From Octopus vulgaris (Eukaryota), in contig OX597815.1 in the NCBI GenBank assembly GCA_951406725.2, positions 82,770,001 through 82,834,000 of the forward strand: a stretch of DNA of 64,000 bases, written 5' to 3'. The position numbers and the translations under genes were made by a program. Positions 40,800-55,714 of this stretch are shown one piece after another (within the stretch, counting starts at the first letter, position 1; each line of letters begins with the position of its first letter). Under the pieces are notes generated by a model. The model saw nothing but the letters and a program-made list of their open reading frames with translations. It had not been told where the DNA came from and did not search any database.

Positions 40800-41400
40800 A
40801 AGGAACCTTACTAGCTGGATACGTTCTTCTGAATATCTTTTCTTCATGAGATTGTAATTTAAAAACTTATCACAATAATTATAAATCTATAATCAGGTTA
40901 GGGAATGGCGTGTTTTGAAACAATTGTCCATAAATATTCTCCCTCTGGATTTTGGAATACAGGACAACTGAACATTATAATAGCACTTGAGTATTCTTTT
41001 CTATCTCAAACAAATATATCAGTTCTGTCATGTTTCTATTTGGTAATGTCCCATCAATAACCCTATAGATCGCATGTATATTTGCGTCCAATAACAGGAC
41101 TTTGTCCATATTTACTCTACTACCACAACCCACATGGAATCTTACCTATAGTTCACATTGTATAATTGTTTTATCTATAACAACATGTGGCAATAGGGAT
41201 CATATATGTAATATTTTCCTAAGAAATTCGATATAATCGACATATTCGTTTATAAATTAGTAGATTGAAGTATATCGGATTAATTTCAAGTAGATTTGAA
41301 AACAACTTCATGTTATATACATGTATTCACCTCTGTTCACTTAAATACATACCAGGTAATATGTATACATAAGCATATTTATGTAAGTGGCAATAAACAT
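40800..41400 (-). mobile_element. Possible decayed PLE GIY-YIG region
   Basis: Minus strand near 41100-41150 reads KIPCG....YGQS, resembling Y.IPC.CG..YIGQT. Very degenerate. Confidence 0.3.
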
Positions 41401-41919
41401 TACTTCTCAGTATAATTACAGCTTTCATCTCTTATAGAGATCTTCTAACTAGCTGTTTTTCTTATTACACACAGACGCACACATGTATATAACTGGTATC
41501 AGTGAGAGGAGTGGAGATTTATTCACATCCAAAATTATATTATTAAAAACTTTTCTACAGCCTATATAACACAGACCGACATGTTTTGACTGAAGCGACT
41601 GCACATTGCTCTGTATGCAATTATGCATCCTAGTCGCTGCAATTTCATCAAGGGTCCATCACTCAAAGTGAACTGATTCAAACAAGCGCCTTACGTTGCT
41701 ATTTAGTTGAAGGTGATAGCATTACTTTTTAAATCCAATGGCATTCTGGTCTTAAAATAAGCTCTACTGGTATTACATTGAAGCGTAGTTTTAAACTATT
41801 TATTCAGATTTCAATTAAAGTGTGGCAGTTTTGTTTACATTTCGATGTGTGGAGCACATTACTTATTCAGAAATATGTTACTTATGGGTTTATATCATCA
41901 ATTGATATTATTGTTATTA

Positions 41920-42760
41920 TTATTACCCTGCGCGCGTAAGCAAAAGCAGGATATTGTAATCACTCGTCTTTGTCTGTGTGTTTGCTAAGTTACTGGAACA
42001 CGGCAGAACGGTTTTTCACTGCATTTCACAGAAATACTCATTGGGTGAGTGGCTCGAAATGACGGACATTTGGTTTGATTATGATAAAAAAAAAGAGATG
42101 AAATTTTAAATGAACATAGAAATTTCCCGGCAAGCAAGTGGTCATATTATTTTGTTCACTTTCTTTTTCTTATGAGTCGACATTCTTTTGCATGTGTATA
42201 GATCATGGTGTATCTATGCGCGTAGACACGTGTGTGTACGTACGTACGTACATACATATATGCATACATACATACATATATACATACATACATAAATACA
42301 TAGATATGCAACTTTGTGTGTGTGAGTGTGTGTGTGAGCGTGTATGTATGTGTGTGTGTGTGCGTGTACAGTGACGGAGTCGAGGGTTTCGTCTATTTAC
42401 GACTTGATTTCTTAATTTCACCGGAGTGGTGATACTTAAATCGAACTTACAAATTTCCCGATAAGCAAATGGTCATATTATTTTGTTCACTTTCTTTTTC
42501 ACATGAATCGACCCTCGTTGCATGTAAAACGACCATGGTGTACCTATGCGCGTAGACAAGTCTGCATACATACATACATGTACACACACATACATACATA
42601 CATACATATATACATTCATATATATATACATACATGCATACATACATATGCGAGAACCCTTCCCCCCACCCACACATGTGTTCTTACTTTTTCTATGTGA
42701 AACTTTAATACCGTATTTGTGATTGGTACAGATTGCCAGACGCATCGACCCGCTTTCTGT
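41920..42760 (+). mobile_element. Helentron/HINE(DINE-1)-like non-autonomous element with internal duplication
   Basis: Starts TTATTACC in a T-rich target with GTCT/GTGT microsatellite near the 5' end. About 42120-42235 is duplicated at about 42450-42560. Confidence 0.45.
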
Positions 42761-44041
42761 TTATAATTTGTGGTTCCCAAAGCAAACAAATTTAACGGTT
42801 TTCATGACGAATAGAAAGAAGAACATTTTGCTTTTTATGATGAAAATCATGTCACTGTGCAGGAATTCCAGGTCAAATAGGAAAGTCTACGTTATTTCTT
42901 CCGAAACAAACATTTCCTGCCTTTGACAGACCATGAACATCAAGGATTCATATTTTGCAATTCATTTGAGGTTTCTCGATGTGTTATCAAACGTAAAGCA
43001 AGCTACATTGATAATTTCACTACATCTGTTTGATCTGTGAAATACTTGTGGCAGTTGTATTCTATCAATACAGATTTTTATGGTATTTTCCTAAAATCCT
43101 GCGTCTCAAACGAAAAGTATCGAGTGTTTAATTGGACAAGCGTGGAAAATGTTTGTGATATGCTGTATTTAAATACAATTTATGAAACGATCGTGCTTCG
43201 TTAAACAAATAGTTTAACAAAGTATCTCACGAGAGCCAATTACTCTTATTAAGAATACATTTACTTATCTGAAAGTGTCCCGTCTTCGTTAATAGTTACT
43301 TTTACTAAAATACGTGGATACATGATTTTTGTTTGTGTGTCCAGAAAATATGCGCACTGACGCTTCGCATTGAGAATAGTGTGACTAAATTATGCACACT
43401 GCTTAAAGGTTACCATACATACCAGCCTGTATGCCTGTCCATCTATGCAGCCATATATATTTACTCTAATGTTCTTTCTACCTTGAAAACCGGGAGCCAG
43501 CCAACTAATCAACCAACCAACTAAACCATCCACATTTGTCTTAGGTAATGAAAACTTTGGTCATTTTTAATGAAATTACAGGAAGGGTTTTAGATTCTAA
43601 AAGTAGAATTAAAACCTGTTGCAAACAAAATAATAACGTTTAAAAAAAAATAAAGGTATGTTAGTTAATAGTGTTCTACACGCATTTTATTCTGAAGAAA
43701 GAAGGAATGGTAAAGGCTGGGTCACTTTGATCGTAGATTTGCTACTGCCTGGAGAGCTAATGCTAGTGACACACCAAAATTTAACCCCTGAATACTGTCA
43801 GAATCAGGAATAATACGATCAGTAATATCACAAATGATATTTTTATAATAATCGTTTTCCGACCCCTCTGTCTCGCATTTGTGTTTAATTAAATGCCTAT
43901 TCCAAATTTGCCATGGCTTGATTCTTGAAAAAAAATCTTTGTGTTGAACCTTTCTTTAGCTTAAATTATGCTTCGGGACTGGGATTCTGTCCTCGAATAA
44001 TTTTTTAATCTCTTTCTCTTTTTCTATCACGCACTCTCTCA

Positions 44042-44072
<31 letters not shown>

Positions 44073-45801
44073 CCTCTCTCTGTTCCCTTAGATTGCTCAC
44101 AGTCTATGGAAATTCCCTACAAATTATCGCATTCACAAGACTGACAGCCTCTTTGATTCTATTAACTACCCACACTCCTAGCTTCTCAACTTTTCTGGAG
44201 ATTGTCTCAAGTAATTCTCTCCTAAATCATCAATATTACAAATGCTTTCTTTTAGCAAAACAACAGTTCCAGTAGTACCAGCTCTCTAATTTCCATTTAA
44301 AATAGCCATATTGCTAGATTTACCAGAAATCTTTTACTCACCTGCATGACATACCAATGTCTTGCTCTCGAGAAATTAGATGAAACCAATGTTAGCGTCC
44401 TTGATACCAGCAAAGTATTTAACGTGTTTGGCCGAGAACGTTCGGAATAAGTTTTCCACTTTTGCGATGCAGCCGTCTTTCACATCTTACGTCGGCGGTT
44501 TTCTCAGCAGCAGTTCTTCTCAGTGGCAGTTTTCCTTATAACATTCTTGACAGTAAACTGTAGTATCACAATATAAATCTAGTGCGTTCTAGAGCTCGAT
44601 TATGATTTCCAGACAGTTTCATTAAGTACCATGTTACTGTCATTCTGTGCATCAGTCTCCATAATTCATTCCTTTGAATTTCTGCACAAGTGAGGTAATC
44701 TACATACTGCGAAAGCATCTTACACTTGACTTGCAGTATCTCCATCTACAGAAACTTCGAAATCATATTCAAAAGAAGAGGTTTCACTCTAATCTCTTTC
44801 AATAGTACTTATATAAATACTACGCATCACTCACTTCTTTTATCATAGACACGTTCGATCAATTCTGATCTGAGTACAACAATAAAAAGAATACAAGGAT
44901 CTTTCAAAGTGACGTATGTTACGTTGAAGAAGGTGCATGTTAAATAGGAATTGTTAATAAGTCTAGAAAATAATTCAGCTTCAATTAGTAGCTCACGCTT
45001 ATATAAAATCCACAAAGAAGTACTGCTCATGTACATGCTATAGTTTTATTCAGAAAAATTTGAGGCTTTACACAAAACAAGGTAAATGGGAAGATAAGTG
45101 CATGTTACAACTGGATCACTGATATGGCGATCTTTTTCGCTGTATAAAACTGTAACTATGGCCAGTACCACAACCAGCATCATCATCATCATTATTATCG
45201 CCATGTGTTACAACCATCACCTATACTCGAATGCCCCATCTTCATACCGCCACAGCGAATGTAACCATGACGGACTTTTAACCCGCTACAACCAACGCTG
45301 CTGTAACAATCATCACCGACCATCTCATAAACCATATTGTAAACAGCCACTTCCGCTACCACCGCTAACACTACTACCGAAGCCGCAGACGACACCATCA
45401 CAAGGACAATCACCACCACCGCCGCCGCCACCATCACTACCATCACCATCACCACCACCAGTAATTTAATGTCCTGGTGCTGCTATCATTATCACAAGTC
45501 TAACCTTCACTTCTACTCACCCTTACCATTAGCCACCACTACCGGTACGATTACCAAAATGCCATATGCTTGACAATCGGTTTCACCTGGAGTGCAAATC
45601 CGTTAACCCAGATACGCCAATAGCTGGATATCACAGTGATAACTGCACACAAACACATGCATGAATACACAATACGTGCATGCGCGCATGCATACACACA
45701 CACATACATACGCACATGCACAAATAGACGATAATAATAATAATGATGATGATAAAAATTAAAAAAAAAAAAAATAAATAATAATAGTAATAATAATAAT
45801 G

Positions 45802-45847
<46 letters not shown>

Positions 45848-45867
45848 TAATAATAATGATAATAATC

Positions 45868-47505
45868 AATTCTTTTATTAGCCACAATGGCTCACATGCA
45901 AAAACATTAAATGACATACAACAACATAAAAGACAAAAGCAGGATGATGCAATAGGTTTTACAGCGTGTAAATAATATAAATAACAACTAGAATAAAACA
46001 AATTAAAACTCCCAATAGGGGAGGCGCTTGAAGGTCCTCGTGGAAAACCCCAGAAAAGTCACGGGTGCCTGATCAACAGAGCACGAGCCCTCCTCCTTTT
46101 TACAGTTGATGAGGGCTTGGCCAAAGAGAAAAGTGTCTGTCTTTAGCCCTTTCAAATGGGTCTATCATACTACCTCTTTCGCTACAGCCACTAGATAAAT
46201 AGAACTTGCCTGTCTCTCCCAACCAAAAGAGGGCGGTAGGGAAATCTTCACAATGGATTCAGCTGATAGCCGGATCCGTCCTACACGCCACAGCAGGTGT
46301 TCGATATAAATCCACAGGTCAGCAATTCTCGGGCACTGTACTAGGGCGTGCATAACGGTTTCAACGGTTTGTGGGCGCACCTCGGGTAGGCCAGGCTGAC
46401 GGCACTTCCGTGCTTGTAAAGTTAATTCCGAGAAGGCAGCGCCCCTCGGTAGTTCTGCCAGGCAAGGGATTTCTGGAAGTCATCCATAGGCCAAGGCCCG
46501 AAAGTTCTCCGAAACAGACCGGTTAGTTGATCGACACCCACAGTTTCCCCGAGAACATCGCCGCACTTACCCTCCACTAGTCCTCTATAGAACGCTAGAG
46601 TGGAACTACCACCGTCCGCATTGCCCGCCAGGTGGACGGCTGTGAGCGTTTGACGGCACTCGGGGTGCCAAGCGCCTCACCTCGGTCTACGCAAATCCAG
46701 GATTGCAGCTTAGTCAAAGAGACGGGCAGTAGAAAAGTGTCTTTTGCAAACGGTGACCCTCAAAGAAACGCTGGACATGCCGCAACATCAGCGCATGTCT
46801 GCACATCAGTAACCACGACATGCCCAGCACTCCATTCAGCGGCTGTTGACAGCAGATGGAACGCCTGACCAGTGGAATGCACCCCTTCCACAGAAAGCGG
46901 AAGAGTAAGCGCACCAGCTTGGTCAACCAGCAAATAGGGCAAGGGACGACAGTCAAGTGGTAATAGATGACGGATGCGATGTACACATTCGCCACCTCCG
47001 CTCGACCTTTCAGGGACAGCTTCTTCTCAGCTCATTTCTGGTTGAGATTGGCTACCATGCTCGTCATCTCGCCTGGAAGTCCGGACCAAACCAGAGTCCG
47101 AGCAACTTAATGGGACCGTCTGACCAGTGCCCCACGACGCTGTTGGACGGTATGGAGTTGTGTCTCCAGGTGCCGAGTTGCAAGCCCACTGAATTTTCTG
47201 AGGTTATGTTTGCTCTTCTCACCGCTTCATGTTCTTGTAGTATGTCGCCAACCAGGTCTATATGCCTGTGGCTCGACACTATGTTGGTGACATCTTCAAC
47301 GTAAGCAGACACTTTTTCCATATCGTAGATCACGCAGGACGCCGCTCAAAGCCTCCAACTTAGGCAGTAATGGCTCAAGAGTCATTACATACAGAAGGGA
47401 GGAGAGAGAGTACCCATGACAGACTGAACGCAAGATGCTGAATGGCTCCGACAAGTGACCATTTACCCAAACAACAGAGCAGGTGCCGCTGTACAAAGCA
47501 GCAAA
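45868..47505 (-). mobile_element. 5'-truncated L1/Tx1-clade LINE
   Basis: VWVNGHLSEPFSILRSVCHGYSLSSLLYVMTLEPLL, VSAYVEDVT (YADD-derived), IKLLGLWFG, LFRFLWKG, ETVMHALVQCP (zf-RVT). AATAAA signal followed by an (ATT)n tail. Confidence 0.88.
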
Positions 47506-47899
47506 TTGCTTAAAGAATAAGATTGATATCTTGCTAGAAGGTCACAGTTTTCAATTTTTATTCATATATGAACAAATTGGCTGTTTGCAGCCTCGTTTAT
47601 TTATGTAATAATGCTGTTATTGGTAGAATCATAATACTTGGTGTTGTTGTTACAGTTGTCGCTTGCACTTGGTATTGTTCTTTTTTTTGCTGTTGTTGTT
47701 TAGCCCAAGGTCTTAATACAATAAGTCAACCATAACTTTTCTCTTTTCAGAGGTAATGCGTCTAAGTACTAGGTAAGATGTTTCTTCTTTATTAAAGACA
47801 GTGGTTATTATAATTATTTAAGACGTCACACAATATCTAATATTATGATGTTGTCGATTGTGTCTGCCAGGAGTTTGTACTCTCTGTCAAGTCACAACA

Positions 47900-48850
47900 A
47901 GGCCCTCAAACTGACAGTAATTTATGCAATATGCTTGCAGTTGCAACTATTTTTGCAATACACCTAGATTATAGTGTATGTCTAAAGTTTCCAGATGTTT
48001 CTTCGAGTGGGGTTGTTTTGAACTCAATACTCCGATGACAACAGGGAAATACTTTATGTCTGACTCTCGTAGTTGCCACGTCTTGGCAATCTCAGTTTTC
48101 AGGTCTCAATCTTTTCTCTTCCTTTCATGATGATATACTTATCTCCTGGCACTGCCACGTAGATTATTAGGCACTCTTGTTTGTCCCTTCTAAAGGTTAT
48201 TATATCCAGCCTTCGGTGCTCTAACGCCTTATCTGTCTGGAAGTTAAAGTGCCAGAGAATCTTTGCCTTCCTCTTTTCGCTCATTACATTTCCCGGTGTA
48301 TGTAGGCACCAAACATCCGTTACCTTGTATCCATACTTCCGCATGGTAGACATTGAAAATTTTGGGCTACCTTGTCGTATCCACGCTTGTACTTTTTCTG
48401 CACAAGTCTTTCACAAGCACTAACAATGTGAGTCACACTTTCGACTCTCTTCCCACACATTCTGCAGAGGTTCATTGTCCTTGGACGGTATATATCCTTT
48501 TTCACTGAGTTGATCTTCAATGCCTGATCCTGGGCATAGATGATTAGGCTTTCTTTTTAATGTCACCTTTGATGCGTGATCGCCATGATGCTTCCTGATC
48601 TCGTTGGCTATTCGTGATCGAAATTCATTAGCATTGTTGGTAAATCCTTCTGCATTAGCAACATACTGTACAGGTCTTGTTTGCTGCTTACCAAATACTC
48701 TGCTATGTTTCTTCTTTCACTGTTGATGCACACCTGCTCGCCAATCAGCTCACGTCTACCTTACACCTCTTCATTTAGGGCCTGTGTGCATTCGCCTTCG
48801 GCTGCAGGCCACCATGCTTTGTCATTGTCTTTCAGGTGATGCAATCGATT
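47900..48850 (-). mobile_element. R4/Dong-type retrotransposon 3' fragment (CCHC knuckle plus RLE)
   Basis: CRMCGKRVESVTHIVSAC..L....YK..YDKVA; KILWHFNFQTDKALEHRRLDI...CLII.VAVPGD. Confidence 0.85.
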
Positions 48851-50287
48851 TGGTTAATCTCATCTCGTGTCTATTTCAGAACAGGAGCACTATAGCGGAC
48901 CACAGCAACAGCCCTTATGTTGATGGCAGTCACAAGGTTAACAGAACGAACATCGCCAGAGCTAGTGTCCCTCTTCGTTTGAATAGACCGGAGGTACTTT
49001 CGCACATCGCACATGTGTTGTGTCTATACGTGATATGGACCCGGGAGTAGAAGGCGAGTGAATTTCTGATATCCCAATTGTGTGCAGTTGGCTGCAAAGC
49101 GGTCAGTAAAGTCAGAGGTTTTCATTGCAAGGATGCTTGCTGTTCACAGGATCTTAGATGTTTACAAATAGGGAGAAAGAGTTTTCTGCTAAATTGAGAA
49201 ATATCCTTTTGGCAAGAATTCACAAAAATTGGCTAGTTTGGAAAGTGGTGTTTTTGTAGGAGGATTGACAGGATGGAATTCTGCTTGATTCTCCCATCCA
49301 ACGAAGTTAGCTTTCGCAGATGGATACTGGTTTGGTGTTGCATTTTTGGGAAAATACTACTCAGTTCATTGGGATGGATTTCTCTGGTTGAAAGACTTGC
49401 ATTCTGGCTGAACAGCTTCATCACAGCTGTAAATGAAACAACTGTGGGACTTGAGATTTGAGATTTTGTTGTGCGTAGGATGTCGAGAGGACATGCATGA
49501 AAGGAGAGATTTGGTCACCTCTCTTGCTTTTTCTGTTAGGACAGAAGTAAAGCTATTATTCAGACAGGAATAGTTGGTAAAAAAAAAAAACACTTGGCGT
49601 AAATCTACGTAGCTGGCTGACATGAAGGGCCGTAGAGTGTAGGATGTGGGGGCGTTGTATGGTATGTAGCTGTGTGTAGGGTTGTTTCGATGTGGGTGTG
49701 GTCGGATGAACTGATATATACAGAGGCAGTAACAGTTTGGTTTGTAACAGTTACGGTAGATAGTATACTTGGAGGTAAAAATGTGGTAACTGTGTGTCGC
49801 TCTGACATGTGTGTAAGATATAACACAACTTCATGTAGATTGTTGAAGATTACCAAAGATATTTCTAAACATATCTATATCTATATCTGTCTACATCTAT
49901 CTATCTGTCTATCTAAACATCGAGTAGATGTGTGTGCGCATACCTGCGTGTGTATGTGTGTGTGTGTGTGTGTGTGCGTGAGTGTATTTGTGTATCTATA
50001 TGTATTAACACGGCCTCACTTGATATATCTGTACAAAATGATACAAAATATGCTATTCTATTATCCAGACGAGACTAAGGAGCCGTAACTTCTACACTTA
50101 TTACTCAAAACGGATTAATAATAGTTGTGTGTGAGTGAGTACGTGCGTATTTATGTGAGCTAGTGTGTTTCATGCAGTGTCCACACACATAACCTCTTGC
50201 AAGACTACAGCGCAAAGAAATAAAATCTCAAATATATTATCTACGAAATATCACCAAAAGGAACAATTCTAATAGAAAAAGACCGCC

Positions 50288-50324
<37 letters not shown>

Positions 50325-50335
50325 CTCTCCCCCAA

Positions 50336-50423
<88 letters not shown>

Positions 50424-52811
50424 GTAGGTAGATATGCACACATAAACTCACAAACACACACGGATACATACATACGCACACACAAACACATACAAAAACG
50501 ATTCCAGCATATTTTACAGCACGGTCGTGGAATTCTTCATTTACTATCAAAATAAAAATATATGGGTGTGGTTGGACTTTCTATACGTGACACTTTCAAT
50601 ATTGGTTTCAATCTACCCTACATTCCATCCCAAACCCCCATCCAAGCATAGATTTTATTTTTTCCTTTACCGTGTCTCTTTTATTCTCCCCTATCTTTCG
50701 TCACACCCGCCCTTTGTGAGGTTATGCAACTGTTTGCGTAAAGACGACCTGCTTTCTAGTGTCTATAACGATATATTACGGTGGGGTCGTTCCCTCTGGG
50801 AGAGCTATGGCGTTTACTTTAGTGAATGAGTGTGTCTTTTGGAAGGTAGCATGAGTTGTGTATGAGTGTTGCTTCGGTGAATGAGTGAGTTTAATTAAAA
50901 ACAGTGAGTGTGTGTGAATCTGTGAATGTGTGGCTTGTGATGTGTGACTTGTGTGTATATTTTTGCCAACGTCTGTTTCACTCTGTATGTATGTGCAAAT
51001 GTAAGCGTTTATATATGTGCGCGAGTTTATATATGTGTGCGTGTGCATCTCTGTGTGTCTGTGTGTATATGAACTTATATACGTGATCTTGTGTGTATTT
51101 ACTTTGTTTTGGCAAAAGGGAGTGGCTGGCTGCAAGCCGTTTGCTATTGGACGTAATTTTATTGTTATTTCTTTTTATTGTTGTGCGGTGCCAAGCCTTG
51201 TTGTTGCTGTTATTATCATTGATATATCATGTGTTTTTACTTTTATACTTGTGATGTCATATGTTGTGCTATGTATTATTTTTGTCTCTGTTGTGATACA
51301 TTTTATATTTCTTATGTCACTTGTTATTTTGTCATAACGTCTCGTTGATTTTTGTTACGTCATCTGTTATTGTTGTTTTATATCATGGTATATCATTTGG
51401 CATTGTTGTTTTCGTCAATTTATCTTACTGTACCTTATAGTATTACTGTATCTTATGGAATTATTGTATCGTGTAGAATTTTCTTGTTGCTACTTCTGTT
51501 ATATCATATGACGTAGTTTTAGTATTATTCACTAAGATTGTTGCTCCATCTATATTCGTATTCTATATGATATTGATCTTGATTATTGATAATTGTTTCA
51601 TTATTGATGTTACGGTAACGACATTTTATATGAAATTGCTCTCTTTCCAAATTTTCAGGGTAACTTTTTTACTTTGTTCACTGTTGATGGATGGTTCTGT
51701 AAAGTTTGTTGCAATTTCTTTGCACGACGCAGTTGGTTTTGGTACCATAATTCTTATTCTTCAGTGTTGATGCAGGCGACCTATGATTTAAAGCATTCTT
51801 ACTGTAAATAACCTATTTCCTGGTAGTTTGTTTCTGAACAGATTTATAATATCAATCGCTGTATTTTAAAAATTCTATTAATTTTATTCTTTTGACTGGT
51901 TTCAGTCAAACCTAACAGCTAACAACAGTTTCATTGTTTATATTGTTTCTGGAGGATGAAATACAGAGTTGCCTCTAGCATTGAACTTTCCAACTCTATC
52001 ACTGTCCTTACTGAACAACAATAAATAGAAGCCTATGAGATTGTTTACAATTTGTGAATCGTGTAAGCGATCTCATAGGTGCCATGCTACCTCCATTTTA
52101 ATATCATCTCGTATTGTTGTATTGAGAGCATATTGCTCTACGTAGTTTGTTATTTATTTCCTTTTTTATTGATCGTTGCATAGAATAAGTAGAATGGTAG
52201 GAATGTCATTGATACCACTCTCCTACTGCAAATTCATTACAAATGAGTGAGAAAACTAAACATTCGATTTTGGAATTTCAATGGTTACCGCATACAGGTA
52301 CAGAAATTACCGTTAAAAGTGGAAGCCAAAAATGCGTACACGCATACAATAACACACACACATATGTATGCGCGTGCGCATTAACACATACGCATGCGCA
52401 TGCGCACAAACACACAACTCATAAAACCAATTCAAACATTTTTAAAGTTACAATTTCATGTAAGGGTACTAGAAGCAGAAATTTTGAGGGCGGGATATCG
52501 ACAGTTATATCAACTGCCAGTACTTGACAGAAACACTGTTTAACTAGCCCTGGATGACTAAAACACAAAGGTGTTTCCCAGATGGATTTTAAAGTAGACA
52601 GCAAAAGGTCATCACTAAATGCTACGTAACATATTGTGAATGACATTTCTACCATTCAAAATACTTGATAGAAAACGAAAATATCGGGCAAACAAATAAC
52701 AGTCTACGTAGATGTTCCACATGTAATTAGGTCAAATCGATCTGAAATTATATCATCATGTATTAAAACAATTGAAGAATTCTTAGATAATCCAGTTCAC
52801 GATACACAATA

Positions 52812-54271
52812 CGAGGGACGTTTATTAGAAAATAGAAAATTAAAAAATATTTTTGTTGTTTTTGTAAAATCTCAGAAAATAATTAAAAATTCACATTTTT
52901 TATCAAATTATTTTGTTATATTTGTCTATCTATCCAACTGTAAACATTTTAAATATTTCACTAACTTTTGGTAAAAGGGTACATATTTTGCCAAAAATAT
53001 GTACTTATTTGACCCGCTTGCAGTTGTTTGATCTAGCTGAAATTTTGCATGTGCAATCATTTATATCTCTATAGAGTAAGTGGCAAATTACAGATCTGAA
53101 TTGATTGTGGTTTTTGATTTACAGGTGTTTGAACCGAGTCAAGTGGGAAATGGAGCCTGTTGAGTGTCGAGCAGTGATCCGGTTTTTGTATTTGAAAGGA
53201 CGCACACCACGGGAGACTTTTGATGAAATGAAAGTAACTTATGGTGATGATGCCCCATCATATGACCTTGTAAAACGCTGGCATCATGAATTCAAACATG
53301 GTCGGAACTCTGTGGAAACAGCTCCCAGATCTGGTCGCCCCTTCTGCCATTGATGAGGCATCTGTCCGTCAGGTTGAGGCTGCCATTTTGGAAGATCGAC
53401 GCATAATTATTCGCCAAATAGCCCATGAGGTCAAGATTAGTACCGGGTCTGTGGAAACTAGCATTCATGACCATTTGCATATGCAAAAGGTGTCTGCAAG
53501 ATGGATTCCCAGGTTGCTCACGCCTTTCCAGAAGCAAGAACGCGTCGAGTGCTCGAGGGTGAATTTGGAGATGTGCCAAGAAGATGAGTCAAAATTTTTC
53601 AAAAGACTGATTACACAGGATGAAACCTGGGTCCATCACGATGATCCAGAGACCAAAGCCCAGTCAATGCAGTGGAAACACCGTGACTCACCCCCTCCAA
53701 AGAAGGCAAGGGTGCAGCCCTCCGCTGGCAAGGTCATGCTCACAGTCTTCTGGGACCAGGACGGTGTAGTGATGACAGATTTCCTGGCAAAGGGTACCAC
53801 AATTGCAGGAGCCTATTATGCTTCACTTTTGAGGAAATTAAGAGAAGTTATCAAAATCAAGAGGCGGGGCAAGATCAGCAAAGGCATCCTCCTCCTGCAG
53901 GACAACGCTCCGGTCCACAACTCGCTTGTCGCCAGATCAGAAGCACAGGCATATGGCTATGAACTCCTCCCCATCCCCCTACTTTCCTGACCTTGCACCC
54001 TCTGATTTTCACCTCTTCCCAGTCATGAAGTTGTTCTTGAAAGGAAAGCGTTTCCCAGATGATGCAGCCTTGATTTCTGAAGTCACGTTCAGGTTGGAGG
54101 ACCAAGCTGGGGTCTTCTACAAAAACGGTCTCCAGAGCTGCATCAAGCAATGGGAGAAATGCATAACTCTAGGTGGTTCATATGTAGAAAAAGACTAATA
54201 AGTGTGCCAAGTTTCGTTGCTCTACTGCTATGGGAAGTGGGTCAGGGGCATTACTTATTGAACGCCCCTCG
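52812..54271 (+). mobile_element. Mariner transposon, near full length
   Basis: TA|CGAGGGACGTTTAT ... ATTGAACGCCCCTCG|TA (left TIR partly degenerate); encloses the transposase pseudogene. Confidence 0.9.
53150..54198 (+). pseudogene. Mariner DD34D transposase with two frameshifts (about 53340 and 53975)
   Basis: MEPVECRAVIRFL..PRSGRP, WIPRLL, TQDETWVH, QDNAPVH, PYFPDLAPSDFHLF, spread over three ORFs. Confidence 0.93.
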
Positions 54272-54382
54272 TATATGAAAATAATTTAGGATGTTCACAT
54301 TTGTAATGCCTCTGATTATAAGTTTGTTCGATCAAGACAAACCAAAAGAATGACAACATTGAAGAACAGTTGACAATCTATA

Positions 54383-54725
54383 TAAAAAAATAATATATTT
54401 CTGGATTTAATCTCGTAATTCTTCAAATATTCCAATGTCAAGTTGTCCTATTACCTGTTGGCACCGCTTAGTAAGCAGATTTTATATTTACTGCACCCTT
54501 GCCTTCTTTGGAGGGGGTGAGTCACGGTGTTTCCACTGCATTGACTGGGCTTTGGTCTCTGGATCATCGTGATGGACCCAGGTTTCATCCTGTGTAATCA
54601 GTCTTTTGAAAACATAGTAAATATAAAATCTGCTTACTAAGCGGTGCCAACAGGTAATAGGACAACTTGACATTGGAATATTTGAAGAATTACGAGATTA
54701 AATCCAGAAATATATTATTTTTTTA
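54383..54725. repeat. Perfect 110-bp inverted repeat enclosing an inverted 122-bp copy of the neighbouring mariner
   Basis: 54383-54492 is the reverse complement of 54616-54725. 54491-54612 is the reverse complement of 53596-53717. Confidence 0.95.
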
Positions 54726-55144
54726 CAAATTCGCAATGACAAAAAATATATTTAGTCACATACACAAACACCCACACACACATCGACACACACACTCGCA
54801 TACACACACATTTATAGTTATGGCATATTCTATTAAGAACGTAGTAGAGTACGGTATAAAGCTCGTCCACCTTCAGATTTCAACCTGTGCTGTCCAGTAG
54901 TAGTATTATATGTACTTCTGGGTTTGCGTTTGGATTTCTGTCTTGCGTGAATAGATAACTGAAAAAAATCTGGAGTCAACAAGGAGTACGGTTGGACATT
55001 TATTTTTTAATCGCTACAATTGTTTCAACAGACGTGCAGGTACATGATTATGCAACTGTTTCCCCCCATTATGATCTCGAGTTGTGTTTCCTCAGGCGAT
55101 ATGTAATTATTTTTTCAATTATACGTTTATATATATATATATAT

Positions 55145-55185
<41 letters not shown>

Positions 55186-55223
55186 TGCCTGTGTGTGTGT
55201 GTATGTATATACACACACATATA

Positions 55224-55514
55224 TCTTTGTATATAAAAGTGAAGTTGTGTGAGTGTCTGTCTCCTACGATTTAGATTCCTAACTACTCCCACATTTTGCG
55301 TTGCAGTTTAACCAAAAGCGAGTGTCTTATAGTCGTGATTCATATCGAGCCCTTCTGGGTGTTAGCGCGCGTCTATGATTAAAAAAAAAATTACCATCAT
55401 TTTTTCCCATTTTTAATGCATTTTTTTGCCATTATATAAGAGAAGTAACTCTCTAAAAATGCTTATATAGGTATTTCCCTTACAAACCCGAGCAACGCCG
55501 GGCGATACTGCTAG
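55224..55514 (+). mobile_element. Non-autonomous Helitron
   Basis: A|TC...CTAG|T with subterminal hairpin CCCG(A)GCAACGCCGGG, similar to 12570-12932. Confidence 0.85.
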
Positions 55515-55535
55515 TATATATATACATATATGTAA

Positions 55536-55566
<31 letters not shown>

Positions 55567-55626
55567 TATGCATATATATATATGTACATACATATATATA
55601 CATTTTTCTACATATATATATGCATA

Positions 55627-55714
<88 letters not shown>

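Noticed and set aside
48860-49630. Coding-like minus-strand stretch next to the R4 fragment
   Set aside because: Probably retroelement-derived, but no diagnostic motif could be recognised.
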